A stretch of 64,000 bases of DNA from Coriobacteriia bacterium (GTDB taxonomy: Bacteria > Actinomycetota > Coriobacteriia > Anaerosomatales > PALSA-660). The translations under genes were made by a program, and so were the position numbers. Where the stretch lies: assembly GCA_025361335.1 (NCBI GenBank), contig JANYAK010000033.1, positions 21,246 through 85,245 of the forward strand, read 5' to 3'. Positions 33,865-43,238 of the stretch are shown here, one piece after another (the stretch's first letter is position 1; each line of letters opens with the position of its first letter). The notes under the pieces were generated by a model that searched no databases, had not been told where the DNA came from, and was given only the letters and a program-made list of their open reading frames with translations.

Positions 33865-34355
33865 GCCGTCGGCGTGCGTCCAGCGAGAACGCGAGACTCG
33901 AGCATCCTTAACAACAGGGTATGCGGTAGGTCGGTCGAGGACAACGGCAGGACCAGCACGGTCACCAGTCCGCAGGCGTTACCGCCGAGGATGTCGGTGA
34001 ACACCTGGTCGCCGATGACCGCCGCCTCCTCGGGGCGCGCGCCGAGGAGGGTCAGGCCGCGGCGGAACCCGGACGGCAGCGGCTTGAGCGCCCTGGGGAC
34101 CAGATCGAAGCCGAGAGCGTCGGCCGCGGTGCGCACCCGCCCGTGCCAGTTGTTCGAGACCAGGCAGGCCCGCATCCCCGCCTCCCGCACGCGCCTGGCG
34201 AACGCAGACGCCTCGGCCGGGAACTCCGAGGTGCCGCGGGGCATCAGGGTGTTGTCGAGGTCGACCAGCAGAGCCGTGATGCCCCGCTCGGCGAGCGCGG
34301 CCAGATCGACGGCGGCCACGTCCGTGTAGTAGTAGTCCGGGGTCAGAAGGCCCAT
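33861..34355 (-). CDS. YqeG-family HAD phosphatase
   Basis: Track ORF is 263 aa. ATG at 34355 (M100) gives 164 aa: MGLLTPDYYYTDVAAVDLAALAERGITALLVDLDNTL... with 'VSNN' and 'VIGDQVFTDILGGN'. Confidence 0.8.
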   Translation of the reverse strand: MGLLTPDYYYTDVAAVDLAALAERGITALLVDLDNTLMPRGTSEFPAEASAFARRVREAGMRACLVSNNWHGRVRTAADALGFDLVPRALKPLPSGFRRGLTLLGARPEEAAVIGDQVFTDILGGNACGLVTVLVLPLSSTDLPHTLLLRMLESRVLAGRTPTA

Positions 34356-34356
34356 C

Positions 34357-35022
34357 TCAGAACTGAGTATCGGGATCGCGGAATCCCGGCGCGCCGCCGA
34401 GGTCCTTGTCGAGCTGCCGTGTGATCGCGAGAGCCTGAGCCGCCTTGTCGGGGAGTCCCGAGTGCGTGTAGATGTCGGCGATGAGCGTGAGCGACTGCCA
34501 CTGCTGAACGGCGTCGAGCCACACCTCGTCCGGCCGGACGGCCAGGTCCGCCTGCCGGATCGCACCCGCCCGGTCCTTGGTCCTGAGGTAGAGGATCTGG
34601 GCCAGGGAGGTGTGAAGTACGCCCGAGTGCGGGTTGTTGCGCACGCCTTCACGGGCCAGACCGATCGCCTGGCTGAGCCTTCCGTTCTGAAGCAGGATCC
34701 ATGGCGCGATGTCGTATGCCTGCACGAACTGGGGGTCGAGCAGGGTGATCAGCCGCGCGTTCGGCAGGAAGTAGAGTTGCTTCGAGAGCGGGACGCCTCC
34801 GTAGAACTCGTGGAACTGCGGCTCGAGCCGACTCCACAGCAGCACGGCTGCGAACCGTCGCAGGCCCGTGAGGTACGCGAAGCTCGCGCGGCCGACCACG
34901 GCGCCGGCGCTGGAGGTCGCCGTGGTCGCGACGCGGGCATCGGACACCGCCTGCCCGCCGAGCAGCATCACCGCGAGCACGAGCCCGGCCACGGCGCTCC
35001 GGGTGGCGCGCCCCAGGGTCAC
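34357..35022 (-). CDS. Hypothetical membrane-anchored/secreted helical-repeat (TPR-like) protein
   Basis: Track ORF is 365 aa. GTG at 35022 (V145) overlaps the permease stop (GTGA) and gives 221 aa. It has an N-terminal hydrophobic segment 'AVAGLVLAVMLLGG' and helical repeats. Confidence 0.5.
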   Translation of the reverse strand: MTLGRATRSAVAGLVLAVMLLGGQAVSDARVATTATSSAGAVVGRASFAYLTGLRRFAAVLLWSRLEPQFHEFYGGVPLSKQLYFLPNARLITLLDPQFVQAYDIAPWILLQNGRLSQAIGLAREGVRNNPHSGVLHTSLAQILYLRTKDRAGAIRQADLAVRPDEVWLDAVQQWQSLTLIADIYTHSGLPDKAAQALAITRQLDKDLGGAPGFRDPDTQF

Positions 35023-35756
35023 AGGTCCCGCCTGTCGAAGGCGACCACGCCCAGCAGCAGGAGGACGCCGACCCAGCCCACGAACGCCACCATCATCCCG
35101 GCGGCGTAGACCGCATCGATGCCCGACCCGTGAGCGACGGGGTTGATGACGTTGAACGTGTCGAGCGACGGGTACAGGGCACGAGCCATGGCCGAACCGC
35201 CTGTCCCGACCACGCTGTCGCGCGCGTGGCCGATGAACACCATCGTGAGCGAAGCGACGGCCACGACCACTGGGCCCGCGACGGCGGAAACTGATATCGC
35301 GAAGGCGCCCACGACGCCACTCTCCAGCCAGATCGCGAGCGCGCCCTCCCACAGCCGCCACATCGGGTCGTGGTAGCGAGTCAGCGCCACCGCCTGCTCG
35401 ATGAGCGTGAACCCGGCGACCGCCCCGCCCATGACGGCGAACACTCCCATCCACGTGCCGGCGAGGTACTCCAGGCGCCGCACCGGCTTGGACAGCACGT
35501 TGTACACGGTGCGGCGCTCCACCTCGGCAGGCACGCGGTTGGCGGCCAGCGCGAGGACGAGCACCATCGACGCCGCGAACGTCAGAGCCAGCGAGACCTC
35601 GCGATAGATGCCCGACACGATCCCCATGCCGTAGGCGGGCAACGTCGGGATCGCCAGCGCGAGCACGGCCCCGAAGAACACGACGACGTAGACGACCCGA
35701 CGACGCACCGCGTCCATGAACACGGCGCCGGCGATCGCCGACAGCCGCCCGATCAC
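35019..35756 (-). CDS. ABC-2 type transporter permease
   Basis: 245 aa. About 6 hydrophobic segments. 4-nt overlap with the upstream ABC ATPase gene. Confidence 0.75.
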   Translation of the reverse strand: MIGRLSAIAGAVFMDAVRRRVVYVVVFFGAVLALAIPTLPAYGMGIVSGIYREVSLALTFAASMVLVLALAANRVPAEVERRTVYNVLSKPVRRLEYLAGTWMGVFAVMGGAVAGFTLIEQAVALTRYHDPMWRLWEGALAIWLESGVVGAFAISVSAVAGPVVVAVASLTMVFIGHARDSVVGTGGSAMARALYPSLDTFNVINPVAHGSGIDAVYAAGMMVAFVGWVGVLLLLGVVAFDRRDL

Positions 35757-36709
35757 GACGCCACCTCCTGCTCGGCTGACGGCCGAGCCAGCAGCCTCGC
35801 GAAGTAGTCCTCCAAGGACTCGCGCTTGGGGGTGACGGTCACCACGCGCCCTCCCGCGTCATCGACGGCATCGACCACCGCCCGAACGTCCGCGTCGAGC
35901 ACGGAGAACACCCACACGTCACCCGACACGGCGACATCGTCGGTGAGAGCGACCACGGTGGCGGGCAGCGCGCCCGGCAACCCGGTGGCGCGAACAGAGG
36001 TCCTGCCCGCGACGTTGAGCAGGTCGTCGAGCGGACCTTCGGCCGCCAGCCGCCCACGGTCGAGGATGGACACCCTGTCGCAGACCGCCTCCACCTCGGA
36101 CAGCTGGTGCGAGGACAGCAGGACGGTCACGCCCTCGTCCCTGAGGCCCATCATCAGGTTGCGCACGTCACGCTGGCCCACGGGATCGAGGCCCGAAGCG
36201 GGTTCGTCCAGGACCACGACCGTCGGCCTCCCGACGAGCGCCTGCGCGATCCCGAGCCGCTGCAGCATCCCGCGGGAGAACTCCGAGAGGCGCGCGTGCT
36301 CGTGTCGCCCGAGGCCGACGCGCTCCAGCAGATCGGCGATGCGCCCGTGACGCTCGGAGACCGGCACGCCGGCGAGACGCGCGTACAGGGTCATCGCCTG
36401 CGTCGCCGAGAGCTGACTCGGGAAGTAGGGCTGCTCGGGCAGGAAGCCCAGCCCGGCCCGGTTGGCCGGAACGCGGGACGGGTGACCGAGGATCTCGAAC
36501 TCCCCTGCCGTCGGCCGGACGAGTCCGAGCAGCATCTTGATGGTCGTGGTCTTGCCCGCCCCGTTGGGCCCGAGCAGACCATGGATCGCGCCTTCGGGGA
36601 CTTCGATGGACACGTCCTCGACCGCGATGCGGGCCCGCGCCCAGGGCGCGGAAGAGTAGACCTTGCGGGCGCCGGCGATGCGTATCGCGGGCACGTGGCC
36701 GTCGATCAT
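35753..36709 (-). CDS. ABC transporter ATP-binding protein
   Basis: 318 aa. Walker A 'GLLGPNGAGKTT', signature-like 'FSRGMLQRLGIAQAL', Walker B 'VVVLDEPASGLD' and H-loop 'LLSSHQL'. Confidence 0.9.
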   Translation of the reverse strand: MIDGHVPAIRIAGARKVYSSAPWARARIAVEDVSIEVPEGAIHGLLGPNGAGKTTTIKMLLGLVRPTAGEFEILGHPSRVPANRAGLGFLPEQPYFPSQLSATQAMTLYARLAGVPVSERHGRIADLLERVGLGRHEHARLSEFSRGMLQRLGIAQALVGRPTVVVLDEPASGLDPVGQRDVRNLMMGLRDEGVTVLLSSHQLSEVEAVCDRVSILDRGRLAAEGPLDDLLNVAGRTSVRATGLPGALPATVVALTDDVAVSGDVWVFSVLDADVRAVVDAVDDAGGRVVTVTPKRESLEDYFARLLARPSAEQEVAS

Positions 36710-37728
36710 TGGAGTCCCTTCTTCGCCCTTGCCTTGAGCGTGAGGAATTCGCCTTGCGTCTCCGCGAACGAATGAGTGCCGTCCTTGCCCGTCAGCACGT
36801 AGTAGAGGTACCCGGTCTCGGCGGGTGCGGCGGCAGCCTGCAGCGACGCGAGGCCCGGGCTGGCGATGGGGCCGGGCGGCAGACCCTTGTTCGCGTATGT
36901 ATTGTACGGGCTTCGGACCTTCAGGTCTCGGTACAGAAGCCGAGCCTTGTTGCCCAACACGTACTGAACCGTCGCGTCGATCTCGAGATACATGTCGCGG
37001 ATCAGCCGGTTGTAGATGACGGAAGCCACGAGGGGACGATCGGCGGAGACCCGTGTCTCACGTTCGATCATCGATCCGATCGTCACGAGCCCGTGCATGC
37101 TCACCCCGCGCGACTTCGCATACGACGGATCGATGCCTGATACCTCGCGCTCGAACTGATCGAGCATCACGGTCAGGACCTGGCGCGCGGTCGCGCCCGG
37201 CTGCACGCGGTACGTCTTCGGGAAGAGGTATCCCTCCAAGGAATCGGTCGGGTTGGACTCGAGGAACCGGAAGTGGAAGCTCTTGGCGCCCGTCGTAGCC
37301 AGAGTGGTCAGCTCGTCGCGGGGGATGCCCAGCGCCTCCTCCACACGCGCGGCCACCTGAGGGATCGTCCAGCCCTCGGGGATGGCCAGGGTGACGTATC
37401 GGACCTCGGGGCCTTTGCGCAGAGCCTCGAGGGCGGCCGAGTAGCCCATGCCCGTCCGCAGGTCGTAGACCCCGGGATGAAGCTGCTGCTCGGCGCCCGC
37501 GAGTTTGACCCGCAGCCGGAACATCTGGCCGTTGGCGACGATGCCCGCAGCAGCAAGGGCGCGGCCCGCGTCGAGCGATGTCGCCCCATCGGGGATCTCG
37601 ATCTGAGCGGGCAGCCCAGGGACGACCGTGCCGTCTCCGCTGAAGAGGGCGAGCCACATGCCCGCCGCCGCTATCGCCAACAAGAGCAGGGACGCCGCAG
37701 CCGCGACGGTCGCAGCCTTGCGCCTCAC
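36706..37728 (-). CDS. mltG: Endolytic murein transglycosylase MltG (YceG-like), paralogue 1
   Basis: 340 aa. N-terminal TM. Motifs 'IEIPDGATS', 'ERETRVSADRPLVASVIYNRL' and 'SPYNTYANKGLPPGPIASPG'. Confidence 0.9.
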   Translation of the reverse strand: MRRKAATVAAAASLLLLAIAAAGMWLALFSGDGTVVPGLPAQIEIPDGATSLDAGRALAAAGIVANGQMFRLRVKLAGAEQQLHPGVYDLRTGMGYSAALEALRKGPEVRYVTLAIPEGWTIPQVAARVEEALGIPRDELTTLATTGAKSFHFRFLESNPTDSLEGYLFPKTYRVQPGATARQVLTVMLDQFEREVSGIDPSYAKSRGVSMHGLVTIGSMIERETRVSADRPLVASVIYNRLIRDMYLEIDATVQYVLGNKARLLYRDLKVRSPYNTYANKGLPPGPIASPGLASLQAAAAPAETGYLYYVLTGKDGTHSFAETQGEFLTLKARAKKGLQ

Positions 37729-38981
37729 TTCAGCCCACTCTTCGCTCCGGCCTTCAAACGCAGGAACTCCGCGTAGCCCACCGCGAAGGACTGCGACCCG
37801 TCCTTGTGATCCATGATGTAGTAGAGGTAGTTGCTCTTCGCCGGCGCCGCCGCGGCCTGAAGCGCCGTCAGGCCGGGGCTCGCGATCGGGCCGGGTGGCA
37901 GACCTTCATGGAGGTACGTGTTGTAGGGACTCGGCGTCTGCAGGTCGGTGAGCAGGACCTTCTCCTTGCTGCCGATCACGTACAGGACCGTGGAGTCGAG
38001 CTGCAGGCGCATGTGGCTCGCCAGCCGATTGTAGATGACGGACGCGACGAGCGGACGGTCACGAGGCACGCTGGCCTCACGCTCGATGATCGACGCGATG
38101 GTGACCACGCCGTGCTGCGAGACACCCTTGGATGCGGCGTACGACAGGTCGAGGGCAGCGGTCTCCTTGCCGTATTGGGTGAGCATGAGGCGGATGACGT
38201 CCTCGGCCGTCGACTTCTCCTTGACCTCGTACGTCTTGGGGAACAGATAGCCTTCGACAGAGTCCGTGGGATCCGCCTTGAGGAACTCGAAGTCGAACGT
38301 CTTGGCGCCCGTCGTGGCGACCCGGGTGAACTCGTCACGCGGGATCCCGACCACCGACTCCACACGGGCGGCGACCTGCTTGACGGTCCAGCCCTCCGGG
38401 ATGGCCACCTTCGTGTACCGGATGACCGCGGGGCCCTTCTCAAGAACGGCGAAGACCGCGTCGTAGTCCGATCCAGTAGTGAGCGTGTACCTGCCGGCTT
38501 TGAGCCGGCTGCCCAAGCCCTCCGAGCGACCGAGGAAGTAGAACATCGTCCCATTGGCGACGATGCCCTTCTCGGCGAGCATGTCACCGACCTCGCGGCT
38601 CGACGCCCCCCTGGCCACGGTCACGCTCAGGCGACGCCCGGCAGGCACGTTCGACACGGGTCGGAAGAAGGTGTACCAGACTCCCCCGCCGCCAGCCGCG
38701 ACGACCGCTATGAGGAAGACGAGTGCCGCGACACATCCCCGTCGGCGACGTGGCGCGCGCCCGACGCGGCCGGCCCCTCGTCCGCGCGCGTCCGCGGCAT
38801 GGGACGCCGCGCCACCACGCCCGGCCCGTGAGCCAGCGCCGCGGCCGGCGCCCGAACGGCGGGAACCGGACCCGCGCGACGGGAGCGGCGGCCCCGGAAT
38901 GTCCTCATCGTCGTACGTATGCGGATCGAGCCCCGGGCCCTGCGGACCGGGAGCGTCGTCCATGTCGCGATCGTCTGTCAC
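37725..38981 (-). CDS. mltG: Endolytic murein transglycosylase MltG (YceG-like), paralogue 2 with ~95-aa disordered cytoplasmic N-terminus
   Basis: 418 aa. An acidic then Arg/Gly-rich N-terminus is followed by TM 'VAALVFLIAVVAAGGGGVWYTFF'. Motifs 'EREASVPRDRPLVASVIYNRL' and 'SPYNTYLHEGLPPGPIASPG'. Confidence 0.9.
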   Translation of the reverse strand: MTDDRDMDDAPGPQGPGLDPHTYDDEDIPGPPLPSRGSGSRRSGAGRGAGSRAGRGGAASHAADARGRGAGRVGRAPRRRRGCVAALVFLIAVVAAGGGGVWYTFFRPVSNVPAGRRLSVTVARGASSREVGDMLAEKGIVANGTMFYFLGRSEGLGSRLKAGRYTLTTGSDYDAVFAVLEKGPAVIRYTKVAIPEGWTVKQVAARVESVVGIPRDEFTRVATTGAKTFDFEFLKADPTDSVEGYLFPKTYEVKEKSTAEDVIRLMLTQYGKETAALDLSYAASKGVSQHGVVTIASIIEREASVPRDRPLVASVIYNRLASHMRLQLDSTVLYVIGSKEKVLLTDLQTPSPYNTYLHEGLPPGPIASPGLTALQAAAAPAKSNYLYYIMDHKDGSQSFAVGYAEFLRLKAGAKSGLK

Positions 38982-39394
38982 GCCGTCCCCTTCGAGTCGA
39001 GGTATGTCTGAAGCAGCAAGGTCGCGGCCACCACGTCCACCCGGCCGCGGCGCTCGCGTGAGCGCACTCCTGCCTCCGCCATCGAGCGGACGGCCGCGGC
39101 TGAAGACAGGCGTTCATCCTGGTATGTCACGGGAAGGCCGAGTTGCCCTGACAGTCTCTCGGCGGCCGCCCTGACCACGAGGGCCTGGGGCCCCTCGCCG
39201 CCGTCCATCGATAGTGGGAGACCGACCACGAAGGCGGCGGCCTCGTAGTCATCGACGAGGCGGCGCAACGGGGCCACATCACGCGAAAGATCCCCCGCAT
39301 CGAGCACGGTGACTGGAGTCGCGACGCGTCCCGAGGGGTCCGAGACGGCGACGCCGATCCGCTTCTCGCCGATGTCGAGCCCGAGAAGTCGCAT
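38978..39394 (-). CDS. ruvX: Holliday junction resolvase-like pre-16S rRNA nuclease RuvX (YqgF)
   Basis: 138 aa. Motifs 'MRLLGLDIGEKRIGVAVSD' and 'DERLSS'. Confidence 0.9.
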   Translation of the reverse strand: MRLLGLDIGEKRIGVAVSDPSGRVATPVTVLDAGDLSRDVAPLRRLVDDYEAAAFVVGLPLSMDGGEGPQALVVRAAAERLSGQLGLPVTYQDERLSSAAAVRSMAEAGVRSRERRGRVDVVAATLLLQTYLDSKGTA

Positions 39395-39399
39395 GCGCT

Positions 39400-42042
39400 C
39401 TATCGCGCCTTGAGAGACTCTCGCGCGGCGACGAGAGCAGCAGGGATGCCTCCCGCGTTCTCACCGCCGCCTTGAGCCATCTGGGGCTTGCCTCCGCCGC
39501 GCCCGCCCACATGCGGGGCCATCGCCCGCACCGCCGCACCGGCGTCGAACCCGGCCTCGATCGCGGCGTCCGAGCCGGCGGCGAGGATCAGCGCCGCGCC
39601 ACCCGCCTCGGCGGCGAGGACCACGGCGCCTCCGGGAAGCTTCGCGCGAACGGCGTCGGCCAGCTCGCGCAGCGCCGCGCTGTCCGCGGCCTCCACGGCT
39701 GCGACGACCAGCGGATAGCCCGCGTCGAGCGCGGACGCCGCCAGTGCGTCGACCTCGCCGGAGCCGCCCCGCCGCTTCTCGTCCGCCAGGGCCTTCTCCG
39801 CGTCCTTGGCCCGGCGCTGGAGCGCGATCACCTTGTCGGCGACCTCGGCGGGACGGCACTTCAGGGCGTCCGCGGCGGACGTGAGCACGGCCTCCTCCGC
39901 CCACACGGCATCGATCGCGTCGAACGACGTCGCGGCCTCGATGCGGCGAAGGCTCGCGCCGACCGAGCCCTCGGAAAGCACCTTCACGAGTCCGATCTCG
40001 GACGTGCGGGACACATGCGTCCCCCCGCACAGCTCACGGCTGAAGTTGCCGACTTCGAGCACCCGCACGATGTCGCCATACTTCTCTCCGAAGAGCGCGG
40101 TCACCCCGTTCTCCCGAGCGGTCGTCAATGATGTCTCGTACGCCCGGACGGGATGGTCCTCCATGATCTTCGCGTTGACCATCCGCTCCACCTTCGAGAG
40201 CTGCTCCGCACTCATCGCCTCGAAATGCGTGAAGTCGAAACGCAGCCTTTCGGCCGAGACGTGGGAGCCGGATTGCTTGACATGGTCGCCCAGGACGAGC
40301 CGCAGGGCCCACTGAAGGATGTGGGTCGCGGTGTGATTGCGCCGGATGCGCTCGCGCCGAAGGTGATCGATCGACGCGTGGACCGGCTGGCCGACCGAGA
40401 TCGGACGGCCGTCGGCGGTCAGCACTCCGACATGGCTGATCATGCCGGGCGTGGGGATCCTGGTGTCCTCGACGGCGAAGGTCGCGCCCTCGGCGGTGAC
40501 GGAGCCCACGTCACCCACTTGGCCACCCTGCTCGCCGTAGAACGGCGTCGCGCTCAGGACGATCTCCCCATGCGCGCCTGGCTCGAGCTCGCTGATGAGC
40601 TCGCCCCCGACGATGATGCCGATGATCTTCGAGTCGGCGTCATCCGTCTCGTAGCCGACGAACTCGACAGGGCCAGAGGTCGCGAGCACCCGGCTGAACG
40701 CGCCGCCGAAGGTGTTCCACGACTCGTCCTTGACGGCCGCCCGGGCACGATCGCGCTGGGCGGCCATCTCGGCCTCGAATGCGGTCATGTCGACGGAGAG
40801 CTCAGCTTCCGCAGCGATCTCGGCGGTGAGCTCGATCGGGAAGCCGTACGTGTCGTGCAGGGCGAAGGCGACCTCGCCGTCGAGCTCGCGGTCGCCGTTC
40901 TGCTGGGTGCGGAGTATCTCGGCATCCAGCAGGATGAGACCTTGCCGCAAGGTCGCCCCGAAGCGCTGCTCCTCCGACGCGACCACGCGCGAGATCAGTG
41001 CGTGGCTGTCGACCGTCTCCGGATACGCGGCTCCCATGAGCTCGATGACGGTATCGACCATCCGGCCGATGAACGCGTCCTCGACCCCCAGCAGCCTGCC
41101 GTGGCGGACGGCCCGGCGCAGGAGGCGCCGCAGCACGTACCCTCGTCCTTCGTTCGACGGAAGGATGCCGTCCGCCATCATGAACGTGATCGAGCGGGCG
41201 TGGTCGGCGATGATGCGCAGGCTCGTGTCGGTCTTCTCGCCGGCCCCGTACGCCACGCCGGTCAGCTGCTCGGCCACCCCCATCAGGCGGCGCAACTCGT
41301 CGGTCTCGAAGTTCGAGTTGACGCCCTGCAGGATCGCCGCGATGCGCTCGAGGCCCATGCCGGTGTCGATGTTGCGCTTCGGCAAAGGGACGAGCGTGCC
41401 ATCCTCCTGCCGGTCGTACTGCATGAAGACGAGGTTCCAGTACTCCAGGAACCGGTCGCAATCGCAGCCGGGCGCGCACTCGGGCGAGCCGCACCCGACG
41501 TCCGGGCCCTGGTCGTAGTAGAGCTCCGAGCACGGTCCGCACGGGCCGGTGGGCCCGGCCGACCAGAAGTTGTCCTTCGCGCCCATGCGCACGATGCGTT
41601 CGGGAGCGACCCCGACCTCGTCACGCCAGATGGCCTCGGCTTCGTCATCCGTCTCGAATATCGAGATCCAGATCCGTGCGGGGTCGAGTCCGAGCACCCG
41701 GGTCGAGTACTCCCAGGCCCACGCGCTCGCCTCGGACTTGAAGTAGTCACCGAAGCTGAAGTTGCCGAGCATCTCGAAGAAGCTGTGATGTCGCCCCGTG
41801 GTCCCGATGATGTCGATATCCGTGGTCCGGACGCACTTCTGGCACGTCGTGGCGCGGGTGAACCCAAGGTCCCGGACGCCGAGGAACACCGGCTTGAACT
41901 GCACCATGCCCGCCGTCGTCAGCAGCAGCGACGGGTCGTCGGGGATCAGCGAGCTCGAAGGACGGCGTACGCAGCCCTTCGACTCGAAGAACGACAGGAA
42001 GCTCTCTCGGATGTCGGCCGACTTCATGGTGATGGCGCTCAC
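39400..42042 (-). CDS. alaS: Alanine--tRNA ligase
   Basis: 880 aa. Motifs 'IRESFLSFFESKGC', 'LLLTTAGMVQFKP', 'FEMLGNFSFGDY' and editing-domain 'HTATHIL'. The start is GTG 42042 (GTGA overlap with the upstream stop) or ATG 42027. Confidence 0.96.
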   Translation of the reverse strand: MSAITMKSADIRESFLSFFESKGCVRRPSSSLIPDDPSLLLTTAGMVQFKPVFLGVRDLGFTRATTCQKCVRTTDIDIIGTTGRHHSFFEMLGNFSFGDYFKSEASAWAWEYSTRVLGLDPARIWISIFETDDEAEAIWRDEVGVAPERIVRMGAKDNFWSAGPTGPCGPCSELYYDQGPDVGCGSPECAPGCDCDRFLEYWNLVFMQYDRQEDGTLVPLPKRNIDTGMGLERIAAILQGVNSNFETDELRRLMGVAEQLTGVAYGAGEKTDTSLRIIADHARSITFMMADGILPSNEGRGYVLRRLLRRAVRHGRLLGVEDAFIGRMVDTVIELMGAAYPETVDSHALISRVVASEEQRFGATLRQGLILLDAEILRTQQNGDRELDGEVAFALHDTYGFPIELTAEIAAEAELSVDMTAFEAEMAAQRDRARAAVKDESWNTFGGAFSRVLATSGPVEFVGYETDDADSKIIGIIVGGELISELEPGAHGEIVLSATPFYGEQGGQVGDVGSVTAEGATFAVEDTRIPTPGMISHVGVLTADGRPISVGQPVHASIDHLRRERIRRNHTATHILQWALRLVLGDHVKQSGSHVSAERLRFDFTHFEAMSAEQLSKVERMVNAKIMEDHPVRAYETSLTTARENGVTALFGEKYGDIVRVLEVGNFSRELCGGTHVSRTSEIGLVKVLSEGSVGASLRRIEAATSFDAIDAVWAEEAVLTSAADALKCRPAEVADKVIALQRRAKDAEKALADEKRRGGSGEVDALAASALDAGYPLVVAAVEAADSAALRELADAVRAKLPGGAVVLAAEAGGAALILAAGSDAAIEAGFDAGAAVRAMAPHVGGRGGGKPQMAQGGGENAGGIPAALVAARESLKAR

Positions 42043-43238
42043 GACTCTCTCTCGTCGTCGGGCCCGCCCGTCTTCGTCGAACTCGACGGCTCGTCAGCCG
42101 CGACGGAGGCATCGGCCCCGGGAGGCGTCCGGAAGAGCACGCCGTCGTCGGTGCACAGGCTCTGTTGCGTGCGCCGCTCGTAGTAGTAGACGAAGAGCCC
42201 CTTGCCGATCGCGGCCACGGGCACCGCGAGCAACATTCCCGGTATGCCGAACAGGGTGACCCCCGTGAGCAGGGAGAATACCACGAGCACCGGATGGAGG
42301 TCGACGTTGCGGGACATGATCCGGGGGTTGAGCCACAGGCTGTCGAACTGCTGGACCGAGAAGACCACAGCGACGGCCCAGAAGGCGAGCCACGGGCTTC
42401 CGCCGAAGAGCCCCGAAAGCCCCGCGAACAAAGCCGCGACCACCGGTCCGAGGTACGGAACGATGTTGAGCACACCGCCGATGATGCCGATCGCGAAACC
42501 GTAGGGCACCCCGAGCAACGAGAGGCCGGACGCGATCAGCGCCCCGACGACGAGCGCATCGATGAACGTGCCGCGCATCCAGCCGCCAAGTATGCGCGAT
42601 ACCGTCGCCAGCCCGTGCGCCGCTTCCTCGCGGAACCGCTCCGGCACGATCCGCATGGCCTCATCGAGCAGCTTCGGGAGATCGAGCAACGTGTAGAAAG
42701 CGATAATGAGCGCGATGACGATGTCGAGGACGAGCGTGACGGCCTGGCTGCCCGCGGCGAACGCGATGGTGATGCCCTGCGATGAGATCGACCCGATGGA
42801 GGCGGCCGCGGTGTCCTTCAAGTTCAGCACGGCGGTGGTCACCCAACCGGGCACGATCGGCGTCCCTTTCGGCCTCGTCACCGCGAGCCACAGCTTGTAT
42901 GCCTTGTCGAGGTAGCCGGGCATGGCCGAGGCCAGCGCCCCTACCTGCGCACCGAATATCGGGGCGATCACGAGCAGGGCCACCGCCACGACCACCGCGC
43001 CCGCCAGATAGCACACGGCGATCGCGGCCGCTCGAGGCAGACGCCGGCGGGTGAGCCGGCTCACCGGTCCGCGGAGCACGACTATGATCGCGAGGGCGAT
43101 GCCGAACGGCACGAGCGCTCCGGTGAGCCTTCCCGCGACCATGCCCGCCCCGTAGAGGAGGATGATCACGCCGATCGCGGCCCAGGCCTTGATGGCGAGG
43201 CTGGTCCATCGCTCGCGCCGCGCCGCTTCGCTCGTCAT
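42039..43238 (-). CDS. AI-2E family (PerM/YhhT-like) membrane transporter
   Basis: Track ORF is 558 aa. ATG at 43238 (M160) overlaps the sigma-factor stop (ATGA) and gives 399 aa. It has about 8 TM segments and 'GIPGMLLAVPVAA' near the C-terminus. Confidence 0.75.
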   Translation of the reverse strand: MTSEAARRERWTSLAIKAWAAIGVIILLYGAGMVAGRLTGALVPFGIALAIIVVLRGPVSRLTRRRLPRAAAIAVCYLAGAVVVAVALLVIAPIFGAQVGALASAMPGYLDKAYKLWLAVTRPKGTPIVPGWVTTAVLNLKDTAAASIGSISSQGITIAFAAGSQAVTLVLDIVIALIIAFYTLLDLPKLLDEAMRIVPERFREEAAHGLATVSRILGGWMRGTFIDALVVGALIASGLSLLGVPYGFAIGIIGGVLNIVPYLGPVVAALFAGLSGLFGGSPWLAFWAVAVVFSVQQFDSLWLNPRIMSRNVDLHPVLVVFSLLTGVTLFGIPGMLLAVPVAAIGKGLFVYYYERRTQQSLCTDDGVLFRTPPGADASVAADEPSSSTKTGGPDDERES

